Of a DNA stretch of 64,000 bases, positions 1-10,690 are shown piece by piece. The stretch is from Octopus bimaculoides. Lineage: Eukaryota. The translations under genes were made by a program, and so were the position numbers. Below the pieces are notes generated by a model that was given only the letters and a program-made list of their open reading frames with translations, made no database searches and was not told where the DNA came from. Location: the NCBI RefSeq assembly GCF_001194135.2, contig NC_068982.1, positions 41,623,796-41,687,795 of the forward strand. Direction: 5' to 3'. The stretch's first letter is position 1. Each line of letters opens with the position of its first letter.

Positions 1-1999
1 ATATGATACATAAGGTAGTTTTAGTGCCATTCGGCGTCTACTTCTACCATGCGGCGCTACTCAGCTGTTGCCCTTATAATTATATTTATAAAATATTGTA
101 TTAATTTTTTTACCTAAATGGCTTATTACATGCAAGTTACTTGACAAAATCGTATGTAGATTTTATCCTTGATTATAATAATAGATACACACACACACAT
201 AGAGAGGGGGAGCGGGAGAAGAGAGAGGGGAGAGAAGGGGAGTCGTTTTTATTTTTCTTCTTTTTTATTAAAGGTATACACAGCATTAAAGGACACCGAG
301 TTCTAATTCTGGCCGGACAAAGGGGAAGAACTACTGCAACATCTTATGTAGAAGTCAATGGAATAGTTTACTGTATATCTATCTTAGTTTTGTTATTAGT
401 CAGACGTAAATCGCAATTTAGTTGTTTCTGGTCAGACCATTCTATCACAGCCGGTCTATCACCTCGCATTTATTTAGTTTTATTTTTTAAAATATGATTG
501 TCATTTTTATTAGAAAGTCGGAAGAGAAGACTCAGTGACCATAACTTCGGCGGGTCCTCTGACACTAGTGGAATGTTGTTGTTGTTACTGCTGCTGCTGT
601 CTTGCCCTAAAACGCTCTTGATCATGCAGACTAAACTCAAATATCTTTTAAAAATTGTGATTTCTTCAGACTGCATTATCCAGTGCGTTTATTAATTCAA
701 AGAGACGAAATGGTGTAGATTAAAGATGCGTTTGTTCCCTTTAGTATGTCGAGTGGACTACATACAAGCTTCCTTGAAGATATTGATGTCGGCTCATGTT
801 CAGCGTGAACAATTAGAAATCGATGTCTGCAAAAATATGGGCGAGGAGGGAATTCCAGTTCTAAGAAAGAAGGGCTGCAAATAGTCAGTTCTGTTGTAAT
901 AGTGATAAAGGATATAAGAACAGTATTTGTAAGTTAACAGTTAAAGTGAGCTACTGACCAGTGCTTACTTAAGGCATGAGTACACTATGTAGTCCCCAGA
1001 GTCCTCTCCGGTCTAGAAGCCCATTTATGATCTGTGTATGTTGTGACTTACTGTCAATAGATACTTTGGAGCCCAGTGCAATAATTTGTCCGAAGTGGAG
1101 GGCTATAATGATGCTAAATTTTCCTGTTACTCCACGTGAAGTTGTACTCACGTAGCAAGTAACTTGATCTGAGACCGTCTGCTGAAACTGAAGTAACTTA
1201 CAACCGTCGAAGAGTCGTTCTAGTTATTTAATAACACACTAAGTTGTGAAATTCACTTTAAATTTATTTCATGCAGTATCAAAATTTTTGTCACGCAAGA
1301 GCGTTCTAGTTACACTGCTCTACCGCAAGTTTAAGAGTCGCTTTAGTTCAATGCAAATCTCGATGAATCATATTGATCAAGGTGACCGTGGAATAGCGGC
1401 GGCTCATAGTTAAATTAGTGGAGGTGCTGCTTCAGAAATTTTTTAGCCGTTGTTTTAATATTGTGTAAAAGGAAACAAACATATAAAAAGAATATTTATG
1501 CATAAACTTGATTGGTTCGCATTTTAACCATTGCCGAGTAATGCATTTAATTTGTTCACTGAACAACACCGCGAAATCCCCCTTGTTTTTCAAAAATTCC
1601 TCCATAAATCACAAAATAAGGGAGGCGGGGAAAATCTGCCCTATTTTACAAATCCTGGAAGCAGGATAGTAATCTAATTCTACATTTTATCACATTCAAG
1701 AATATAAACACGTTTTTAAGCCCAACACACGCGGAGTCAAAACGAAACACTACTACGTGAACGATAGTGCTCTCTCTCTCTCTCTCTCTCTCTAGCGTGA
1801 AGTTTCCTATCTCGGACATGTGAGCATGCGCACAACAGCCAAACACCGCGTCGCTGGAATGGTAAAGTGCACAGTGCTATACAAGGATTTTTGTATTTTT
1901 TTCATGAACTAGGGAATGGCTATTGACATTAAGCCTAAGAATTATATAATGTACAAGTATAAAGAAAGAATTAAAGAAAAAAAGGACTCATTATACTGA

Positions 2000-2090
2000 A
2001 TGTTATCGATAATATCGAGAAGAAATAGGGGTGCGGAAGTTCCGCAATGCCTATACACAAGCCGCCACTGCCGCGGAATTCTTGTACTGG
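2000..2090 (+). promoter_or_regulatory. Putative core promoter of the ZDHHC gene
   Basis: TATCGATA at 2004-2011; palindromic TGCGGAAGTTCCGCA (ETS CGGAAGT core) at 2032-2046; CpG-rich, repeat-free context about 600 nt upstream of the ATG. Confidence 0.45.
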
Positions 2091-2660
2091 TGAGAGTCAA
2101 ACCGTTTTAACATACTTATAGGCCCCCAAGCAAAGCAATGCACGGAAACTCCTACATACACGACAACAAAATTAATAGATTAGTATGGGTCCCCTAGACG
2201 TAAGACTCTTAGGTAACTGCCCAATGTGCTTGTGTACAGAAATGGCACTGGTAAAATCTGGTAACTATAAAAATCTGATCAAAGCAATCGATTAATTAGC
2301 CGAATAACTAATTGGTTAATAATAATAGAAGAGAAATACAACCATTGTGTGTGTCTTTGTGATACAATGATTCTTCTTAAGTATAACACCTGTGTCAACA
2401 TGCGATTTCGCATCAAGAGTCTTTCAGATAATGCAAAAACTAAATATATAAATTTAACCAAATTAGAGAGATTTGTAGATCAAGTGGAGACCACTCCTGC
2501 AAAGATTGATGTTGCATATTTAGAAGGGACGTAACTCATAAGAATACAAACACCGCCCTTTTTCGTGTTCATCGTCGCTGCTAATATCTAAAACTTTTAT
2601 GTGGTTATATTGTATATATTTCGAAATAGCGACTGGAAACAAAACAAATATATTTTAAAG

Positions 2661-3001
2661 ATGAATATTAAATGGAAAATTATACCAAAATCGAAATTGG
2701 ACAGGGCTGCTTTTTTTTTAATTATGATAGGTATTCATGTTGCTAAATGGTTTTATCATACGGAAATTTTACCTTCCCGATTCAAACATCTACCTTGGCA
2801 TGATCCCGTTTACCTACTTCATTTTACCTTTAGTGTAATTTGTTATTTTAATGTTATGGTTTGCATTTGGAAGATAAGTTCTACAGATACAACCAGTGGT
2901 TCTGTGATCCTTCCGAGTGTTCTGAAACCTAAATGGTTTTATTGTTCAGTTTGCGTCTGCAACGCACCTCCAAGGTCTTTCCACTGTGACATTTGTGACA
3001 G
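2661..3001 (+). CDS. ZDHHC24: DHHC palmitoyltransferase, ZDHHC24-like, coding exon 1 (MNIKWKII...WFYCSVCVCNAPPRSFHCDICDR), phase-2 donor AG|GTAAGC
   Basis: First in-frame ATG at 2661. Two hydrophobic segments are followed by the first half of the DHHC cysteine-rich domain (C-x2-C...PPRSFHC-x2-C). Consensus donor at 3002; 341 nt = phase 2, matching the acceptor at 9334. Subfamily assigned from recalled motif pattern and length, not from a search. Confidence 0.92.
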
Positions 3002-3815
3002 GTAAGCATTAAAATGACTTTGTTATCTGCAGGAAGTGTTGTAAATATGTTGGTACTCAACTTACCTTTTAAGACAATAAAGTATTAATTGATTTTAAGT
3101 TCAACGCACCTTATTCGTGATCGTATTACTACTAATGGACAAAAGCAAGTTAAACCTCAGTTTCTCTTTAATGTGATTTGCTTAAAGCTTTTGAATCAAT
3201 AGTTCATTAAAAATAAGTTACATTGATATATTTTACATTCAATACAAATAATTTTACATTAGTATTTATACCAATGAATTCACATGCATGAATTTAGTCT
3301 GTAAGTTCACAACATATTTTCACTGCTAACCTTTGTGAAAAAAAAAACAAGTTTATGCGTGTTTCAAAGAATCTGCCAGTATGTATTCGGATATAATGTT
3401 ATTTTATGCACTTAATTTATATAAATATAGGTATGATTTCGAAATCCATCGCTTGCTCACTTCTATAAACTCGCTAACAAGGAAGTAGATTAGCACTTGA
3501 ATGACTACTAAAAAAAGTGGGTAGTACTTTTCTCTAGAAGGCAAACGTGTGTCCATAGCTAAAGAGCATTCATTTCCTGTGAGAAGATATTTTGGTGAGG
3601 TTTCGATCCTTGGTGGGAGAGGTGTGTCTGCAGATGAAAGCTTGCATTTTGGATAAAAGATCAGTATTGAAATGCATCGTAGATGCGTACAATAAAATGT
3701 TTTGTTTTGGCTCTACTACGCCGGCAACTAATATTGGTTGTTAGAAAAATAGTTTTGTATGTACCATTTGAACGTTTACCATTCTACTATGACAAGGCAT
3801 TATTAGAAACTGTAT

Positions 3816-4025
3816 GAAGGCGGCGAGCTGGCAGAATTGTTAGCACGTTTGATGAAATGCTTAGCGGTATTTCGCTACGTGCTGAGTTCAAATTCCGCCA
3901 AGGTCGACTTTGCCTTTCATCCTTTCGGGGTCGATAAATTGAGTACCAGTGAAACACTGGGGTCGATGTAATCGACTAACCCCCATCCCTCCAAATTTTA
4001 GACCTTGTGCCTATAATAGAAAAGG
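3816..4025 (+). mobile_element. Full-length tRNA-headed SINE (family A) with a perfect 17-bp target-site duplication
   Basis: GGCGGCGAGCTGGCAGAA head, GAGTTCAAATTCC B-box-like motif, central GCCTTTCATCCTTTCGGGGTCGATAAA segment (recalled as Meta/MESC-like), ATT tail. ATTATTAGAAACTGTAT occurs at 3799-3815 and 4026-4042. Confidence 0.85.
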
Positions 4026-4054
4026 ATTATTAGAAACTGTATTAAGGTCTCTCT

Positions 4055-4113
4055 AGCTGCAGAATCGTTAAGCACGCCGGGCGAAATGCTTAGCGTCATT
4101 TCGTCAGTCTTTA
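4055..4113 (+). mobile_element. Family A SINE head remnant
   Basis: Matches the head of the 3816 copy (GCAGAATCGTT..GCACGCCGGGCGAAATGCTTAGCG). Confidence 0.7.
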
Positions 4114-4470
4114 TACTTAATTACATAAATATTCGACATTAAAATACAAATCCAAAACTGAAGAAAGCATAATCTTAAGTGAAGAAAGATAAAAACAGTG
4201 GATACACTCCATTATTTGTATCCTTAAGTTTTGAGAAACTAAAATTCTTGGGACCAGCATTCTGGATGGAAAAAACCCCCATCTTATTATTGATTCTTTT
4301 GTGCAACCAGTTTAACTTATTGTTGGGCTGTGTTTATTATTTAAGTCTATTGACTTAAGCTAAAGTTTAAATCTACCTTTGAAGTTCTTTGATAGACTCT
4401 TCCCAAGGCATCTAATATTTAATATTGATATATGCTTAATAGACATACAGAATGACGTGATTTTTTTTTT

Positions 4471-5000
4471 AGGATGACAAGAGTACCATTCTCCTTGATT
4501 TTCTGGAACAAGGCTGTACTGTGAACAACAAATGGTACATCGAGACACTTAGTGAAAAAATCAAATCAGAATCTGAAAATGATCCACTTTTACCATCACA
4601 ATGTTTGACCACACACACTGTTGGTGACAGATCAGGCAATTGGCAAATTGAGCCACTCAGTGGTTTCCACATCTACTGTACAGCCTGGATCTAGCACCCT
4701 TTGACTTCCACCTATTTGGTTCAATGAAGGACAGTCTTTGGAGACAATGATTTGAAGACACAGATGAGCTGAAAGTGTCTGTGAAGAAGTGGGAACAACA
4801 ATAAACATCTGAATTTTTTTCAGAGAAGATTTAAGTGTTGAGTTCAATGATGGCACATATGCATTGCTTGTGTTGGAGTCTTTGTTGAGTAGTGCCATTG
4901 TATAGAGAAAAAGTTACTCTACAAATAATGCAATTTGAATGACCTGTCTATTAATAAAAAAGTTATGACCACTTTTGCATTATTTTTGGAATAGACCTTG
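4471..5000 (+). mobile_element. Degenerate mariner (DD34D-type) transposase 3' half with right TIR
   Basis: Broken translation ILLDFLEQGCTVN..WYIETL and YSLDLAPFDFHLFGSMKDSL (compare YSPDLAPSDF); ends GGAATAGACCTTG-TA. Confidence 0.75.
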
Positions 5001-5221
5001 TATCATAAGGTTTCGTTTTATTTTTATATATTGACATAAGTTATGATTGAATCACATTCAGCATCGTTCTACCTAAGTCAGTTAGGTTCAAAGTAAAATG
5101 TTTTATAGATTCACCATCAGCTAAATGTTTAAAAGTAATTGTATCATAATCATATTTAACTTGGGTCATGTAATGGACATTGTTAAGAAAAACTTTTCTT
5201 CTCATTTTTTCAGGCATCCTA

Positions 5222-5264
<43 letters not shown>

Positions 5265-5304
5265 ATTTTAATAAAAAGATGCTCTGACAACTCTTCCAAT
5301 GAAG

Positions 5305-5480
5305 CAGCTTAGGTGTGGTTGTGCAGTTAAGCTTGCTTCCCAATCATGTGGTCTTGGTTTCATTCCCACTGGGCAGCACCCTGAGCAATTGTGTGTTACT
5401 ATTATAGCCCTGAGTCAACTAAAACTTAGTGATTGAATTTGGTTGATGGAAACTGAAAGGCCATTCTATGTGTGTTTGTG
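5305..5480 (+). mobile_element. Degenerate SINE family B 5' half
   Basis: Diverged copy of the adjacent 5491 element (GCTTGCTTCCCAA..CATGTGG..GGAAACTGAAAG). Confidence 0.7.
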
Positions 5481-5490
5481 TGTATGTATA

Positions 5491-5651
5491 GGTGCAGGCA
5501 TGGCTGTGTGGTAAGAAGTTTGCTTCCCAACCACATGGTTCTGGTTTCAGTCCCACTGCATGGCATCTTGGACAAGTGTTTTCTGCTTTAGCCTCAGACT
5601 GGCCAAAGCCTCGTGAGTGGATTTGATGGACGGAAACTGAAATAAGCCTGT

Positions 5652-5660
<9 letters not shown>
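5491..5660 (+). mobile_element. SINE family B 5' half; its 3' half resumes at 6637-6810 after a nested transposon
   Basis: tRNA-like head GCAGGCATGGCTGTGTGGTAAGAAG...GGTTTCAGTCCC, colinear with the intact copy at 54160-54480. Confidence 0.8.
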
Positions 5661-5715
<55 letters not shown>

Positions 5716-5745
5716 NNNNNNNNNNTATATATATATATATATATA

Positions 5746-6616
5746 CATAGAGTGTAGTGAATAAATTGTCATCTAAATTACTAAAAAATGAAAATAACAC
5801 TGACATCTCATTTTAACAGATATATTTACCAAAATTACATAAAAATATCTTGAACTATTAAAGAGTAAAATTATTCAATAAAATCGCCATTGGCTTCAAC
5901 TATGGCCTCCAGACGACTTTGGAATCTCCTGCAACTCTTCTGGATGGTCTTGTTTAAATTGGTAAATGCTGCCATAATCCTTGCCTTCCGTTAATCTTTG
6001 GTGTTACAAGGAGTTTTGTTGGTCTCTCACTCAACTGCACCCCACACATAATAACGAAGGGGGTTGCAGTCTGGGGAGTTAGGTGGCCAGATGTTAAGGG
6101 TGATGTGATCGCAGAAATTGTCTGACAGCTATGACTGGGTTCTCCTGCTTGTGTGGCATGGTACAGAGTCCTGTTGCCAGAGAAAGGGTCTTCCAGTGAC
6201 CATCCTCTTGACCCAGGGCAGCACTACCTCCTCCAGGCACTTGATGTAGGCCTCATGTTGAGTGTGAGGCCGTGTGGGAAAATGAACGGAGGCATAACAT
6301 CGCCATCAGTAGTAATCACTCCGAACACCATGATGTTGACTGGATGTCTGACTTTTATCACTCTCGGTACATGTCCTCAGACTGACACCCAAACACTCTG
6401 AAATGTTTGTATTGGAGCTCCTGGTGTAAGTACCAAGCAGTACAGCTTGTTGTTTTCAAATTTCTGGCAGGGTGAATTGCATCATGGTGTTGTTTTTCTT
6501 ACAAACGGTGCCCAATTGACCCTACTATACTGTGTAGTCAATAAAATCAAAAACAAAGAATCCACAAGAACGAAATTAAAAATATATAATGGTGACAGTT
6601 TACCCATCGCACCCTG
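5746..6616 (-). mobile_element. Internally deleted Tc1/mariner maT (DD37D) transposon
   Basis: Minus-strand remnant HPVNIMVFGVIT..WQQDS.PCHTSRRTQS..DNFCDHIT.NIWPPNSPDCNP, with spacing consistent with DD37D. About 26-bp TIRs differing only by transitions; flanked by TA. Confidence 0.85.
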
Positions 6617-6636
<20 letters not shown>

Positions 6637-6654
<18 letters not shown>

Positions 6655-6810
6655 ACTTTGTTTCTGTGTTTGCCCCCATCACCTCTTGATAGAATAGGTA
6701 CTAGGCTTAAAAAATAAATCCTGGGATGAATTTACTCAACTAAAACTCAAGGCAGTGCTACTGCATGGCCACAGTCAAATGACTGAAACAAGTAAATGAA
6801 TAAAAGAATA
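6637..6810 (+). mobile_element. SINE family B 3' half
   Basis: TCTGTGTTTGCCCCC...GATAGAATAGGTACTAGGCTTA...CATGGCCACAGTCAAATGACTGAAACAAGTAAA matches family B 3' sequence at 54340-54480 and 50472-50640. Confidence 0.75.
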
Positions 6811-6819
6811 TACACACAC

Positions 6820-6864
<45 letters not shown>

Positions 6865-6878
6865 CACATATATATGCT

Positions 6879-7179
6879 GAGACCCCCTTCGGTCATGACT
6901 GACCATGGGATTGCACCTAGAAAGTTGCCATTCCAGGCACAAGTTCAGGCAAGGTTGTTTATAGAAGACCAGCAGTCACCCACGCATACTGGCCTCCCCT
7001 CTCCACACCACCAGTGTTATCCAAGGGAAAGGCAAAGGCTGATACAGCTTGGCACCTGTGACGTCGCAGCTCATTTCTACAGCTGAGTGAACTAGAGCAG
7101 CATGAAATAAAGTGTCTTGCTCAAGAACACAGCATGCAACCTAGTCTGGGATTCGAACTCACAACCTCATGATCGTAAG

Positions 7180-7180
<1 letters not shown>
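6879..7180 (-). mobile_element. tRNA-derived CORE-like SINE (family C variant)
   Basis: Minus strand GAGTTCGAATCCC B-box, then TTCTTGAGCAAGACACTTTATTTCA..CACTCAGCTG, shared with the 8290 copy. Confidence 0.75.
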
Positions 7181-7220
<40 letters not shown>

Positions 7221-7756
7221 TACATATACAGGCATTTGATCTGTGTAACACAATGCGATAAAGTGTTCCACTGATGATTTGCTGTGATTCAGCATCCAAC
7301 TATACTTTGAACATCCAATGCAGAGGGCTAGAAATAGCTACATTGGTGAAACGTGTGTAGTGAACAAATGCTATAAACTTGTGTTTATCATAATTTCTTG
7401 TACATATATTGATATATATATATCAAAAGGATGTATTATAATACTATTCCACATATACAAAAACAGCCATGCCAACAATCCAACAAACCTCCATCATCAG
7501 CTGCCCCATGGATATCATTATGGTTTTGACACCTGGGCAGTACCGTCCAATCCACTGGTGTAAACAGCACTAAAATAAGTGTTGTTTGGGAACAAACAAA
7601 CCAAAGAAACCACAACTTTCAAACACATTTACCTTATGTACAACCATATCGGTAAATAAATTCAATAAGTAAATTACAACCAACTCCTAAACAGCGACCA
7701 ATCCATTAAGTCATGCAAAAATTATAATCCCTACTGTCTTCCAAAGTATAATATAA

Positions 7757-8047
7757 AAGTGAATGCTTAATAACCACATTCATTCAATCAATCAATATAT
7801 ATATAATTGATTGATTGAATGAATGTGGTTATTAAGCTTTCACTTAGATTCGCCATGATAAATCATTAACCACTGCACACATTTTTTCTCTCCTTTTTTT
7901 TCTCCTTGTTTCTTTCTGTGTTCCTTTCTGTGGAAGAGCGTAGGCTCAAAACGTTAAAAACTTTTTCAATTCCCGAGTGTTATACTAATACATCTGTTTG
8001 TTTTCCACACCACCTGTCTTCGTCTGTTGTTTTTTTTTGTGAATTCT

Positions 8048-8050
<3 letters not shown>
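7757..8050 (+). mobile_element. Penelope-like element terminal fragment with inverted duplication
   Basis: GAAGAGCGTAGGCTCAAAACGTT motif and TC-rich segment of the type recalled for Penelope-like termini; 40-bp inverted duplication at the left end. Family call from memory. Confidence 0.5.
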
Positions 8051-8087
<37 letters not shown>

Positions 8088-8289
8088 ATAAAAATGGAAC
8101 AAAAACAGAATAGAGGGCATTAAAACGTTCGGACAGATAGACAACACAAAAGCAGACAAGAGAAACAACAATTAGAAGGACAGGCAAAAAAAAAGAGACA
8201 GGTCATTCTTGGCTTTCTTTCATCAGTCAAGTACCAGAAGTCACAACTATTTCGGACATATATATATATATATTTCTGTGTGTGTGTGT

Positions 8290-8545
8290 GGAGGCGCGTG
8301 GCTTAGTGGTTAGGGTGTCAGCATCATGATTGGGAGATTGTGGTTTTGATTCCTGGACCAGGTGACATATTGTGTTCTTGAGCAAAACACTTCATTTCAC
8401 GTTGCTCCAGTCCACTCAGCTGGCAAAAATGAGTAACGCTGCGATGGACTGGTGTCCCATCCAGCTGGGGAACACATACGCCATTGAAACCAGTAAACCG
8501 GACCCATGAGCCTGGCTAGGCTTTAAAAGGGCGCATTTATTTATA
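8290..8545 (+). mobile_element. Near full-length tRNA-derived CORE-like SINE (family C)
   Basis: GGAGGCGCGTGGCTTAGTGGTTAGGG A-box, GATTCC B-box remnant, CORE-like TTGAGCAAAACACTTCATTTCAC..CACTCAGCTGG, ATTT tail. Confidence 0.8.
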
Positions 8546-8764
8546 TATATATATATAATATAAAGAGAGAGTGTTTGAAGTGGTGTACAGATATTGTATG
8601 TTGAGAAAAAGGAAGTAGTCAGAATTTTGGATAATTCTTTATTCTTAAAATTTTGTGTTTTAATTTTTGTCTTGGGGAGTTCAATCAAATGATTGAAAGC
8701 GCTAATAAAGAATTATCCAAAATTTTGACTGCCTCCTTTTTCTCAACACATATATATATATATG

Positions 8765-8995
8765 GTGTGTGTATACCCTTGTCTTGTCATTATGTGATGG
8801 TTGTAGACAAACATCATCATCATACAAGTGATGATGTTTGTTTCCAGTCTTCTATGAAGAAAATGTCTGGCCATAGGGAAATATTACTTTGCTTGGAAAC
8901 AGGCGAGGGTTCGTAACAGGAAGGGCATCCAGTCATAGAATATCTGCCTCAGCAAATTCCATCTGGACCATGCAAGCATTGAATATGGACATCGA
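8765..8995 (+). mobile_element. SINE-like repeat with RTE-type 3' tail (family F); other copies at 19620-19775, 31250-31490, 36610-36860, 61690-61805 (+) and 51460-51660 (-)
   Basis: Recurrent TGTCTGGCCA..GAAATATTAC.TTGCTTGGAAACAGG..AGGAAGGGCATCC..GAAAATCTGCCTC..CCATGCAAGCATGG..GATGATG across several loci in the window. Confidence 0.75.
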
Positions 8996-9212
8996 CCCTT
9001 CAGCATTTAAACCAGCCATATCCAACCTAAATATACAATCAGTTTTATGTTCTAACCAGCCAGATCCAGCCTGTCACACATAACCTTCAATGCTATTCTA
9101 AAAATATACAATCACATCAAAATTACAAAGCTATGGGATAATGCATGATTAATTAAATACAACATGAATGAAAGCGCATTACATGTAACAGAATAATCTG
9201 AATGCTAGAGGG
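8996..9212 (+). mobile_element. piggyBac-like MITE (CCCT...AGGG ends, TTAA target)
   Basis: TIR CCCTT(T/C)AGCATT / AATGCTA(G/A)AGGG; right TTAA at 9213-9216; same family at 12167, 29580 and 42950. Confidence 0.75.
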
Positions 9213-9333
9213 TTAAGTGATGATGATGAAAAAGAAGTTTTAGTCAATTCCTTGCCAGTAATTGTTAATTTTTTTCTTTTTTCTTTTGCAAGAGAACATT
9301 AACCATATGCTTATTTTCTTTTTCTTTTCATAG

Positions 9334-9844
9334 ATGCATCCTTAAACGAGACCATCATTGTCTATTTATTGGAACATGCATTGGCCATAGCAATTTCCGT
9401 TATTTCATTTTACTATTGTTCTATGTAACCATCGGCTCTTTTTATGCAAGCCTGATGTTTGTCCGCTACACACTGACTGAGTTTGGTAGACTTTCTTTCG
9501 CTTATCTCTTCAGTATAATTGTACCAATTTTAGCATGGTTCTTTGGAGTTTTATACTCTTCTCACTTGCTAGCTTGTTTTCTCACAGGTCTTTCATCACT
9601 GATTTTTGTTGCTGTGCTAAGCTGTTTGCTTTATCATATCAGAAATATTTATAATGGACAGACTACTTATGAACGTCGTTCAAAAAAACATGATTATAAT
9701 CTTGGATGGAAAAGGAATTTTTTAGATGCCTTAGGTAAAAATTACCACATATCCTGGATATGTCCTTTGATTAATTCTCCCTTACCTGGTGATGGCATCA
9801 ATTTTACCACTTGGGATACCTGTGAAACAGCTAAATCTCTTTAA
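9334..9844 (+). CDS. ZDHHC24: ZDHHC24-like coding exon 2 (CILKRDHHCLFIGTCIGHSNFRYF...GQTTYE...YNLGWKRN...PLPGDGINF...KSL*)
   Basis: Polypyrimidine tract + TAG acceptor at 9331-9333; in frame with exon 1. Contains the DHHC motif, two TM segments, the TTxE motif and a PaCCT-like YNLG..N motif; stop TAA 9842-9844. Total 283 aa. Confidence 0.95.
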
Positions 9845-10488
9845 AATCACAGTTCAAAAAGTACTGTTACTATAAAATTGCATTTTAGATACTTATAAAA
9901 ATATATAATTGAAGCAAAACACATTTTGGCTTGGTTCTCTACTGGAAATTAAGTAGATTGACAGGAATTCAGAACCAATATATTTTGACTGATCATAATT
10001 GTTTTTTTACAATAATTTGTATTTTACTTTACTGATTGTGTGCCTTTTATTACTATTTCACAAGAAGCAAGGTTTGAGTCATACTAGATGATTTTCTTTC
10101 CCATTTAGAATAAGGATTTCCAATACTTTCAGGTTCTCAAAATTGATTATAATTAAGGTTTTTATTTTGAAGTTGGTCACCTGACATTAAAGTATAGACC
10201 TCAATTATAATCGATACTTGAATAAAAAAAAAATTAAGAAACTAAGTGTCTTTTACTACGATTAATAAATTATGGATTGTGTCGCAACCCAAAATTGGAC
10301 TGTTGCTTTGGATTCTGAGGGTTATATTTCTTGACAACATTCCCTAAAGATAAATTTGAAATAGTTGTCGTGCTTACTGTTTTATATAATATAAAGAGGT
10401 GTATTTTTTTATTTCACCAGCTTCATAATATAAACCAAGTATATTTCACATTTTCATCTGAATAGGGCTCCAACCATTTATTTTATTT

Positions 10489-10690
10489 TTAAACCTTTTG
10501 ATACTAAACTACTTGAGACAGCCTTTGGTTCTTTGATAAAGACTTTGCTTTAAAATCATCTAAATTTAAACCTTGCATCAAAGTTTCATGTTAATTTATG
10601 ATCCAGACTTCAGCTTAACAATGACAGTTATTTTACCGACTTCTTTATTTTCAAAATTAATTGAAATGTAAACAATGAAAATAGAGAAAC
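10489..10690 (+). mobile_element. Second TTAA-type MITE family remnant in the ZDHHC 3' region
   Basis: Starts TAAACCTTTTGATAC; internal AAAGTTTCATGTTAATTTATG..CAGCTTAACAATGAC recalled as an octopus repeat; no second copy in the window. Confidence 0.4.

Noticed and set aside
141-695. ORFs 141-497, 470-676 and 498-695
   Set aside because: Low-complexity GA/T/CTG-rich translations with no recognisable family or consistent splice pattern.
8290-8360. tRNA-like A/B boxes here and at other SINE heads
   Set aside because: They do not form a cloverleaf and continue into SINE body sequence, so they are not tRNA genes.
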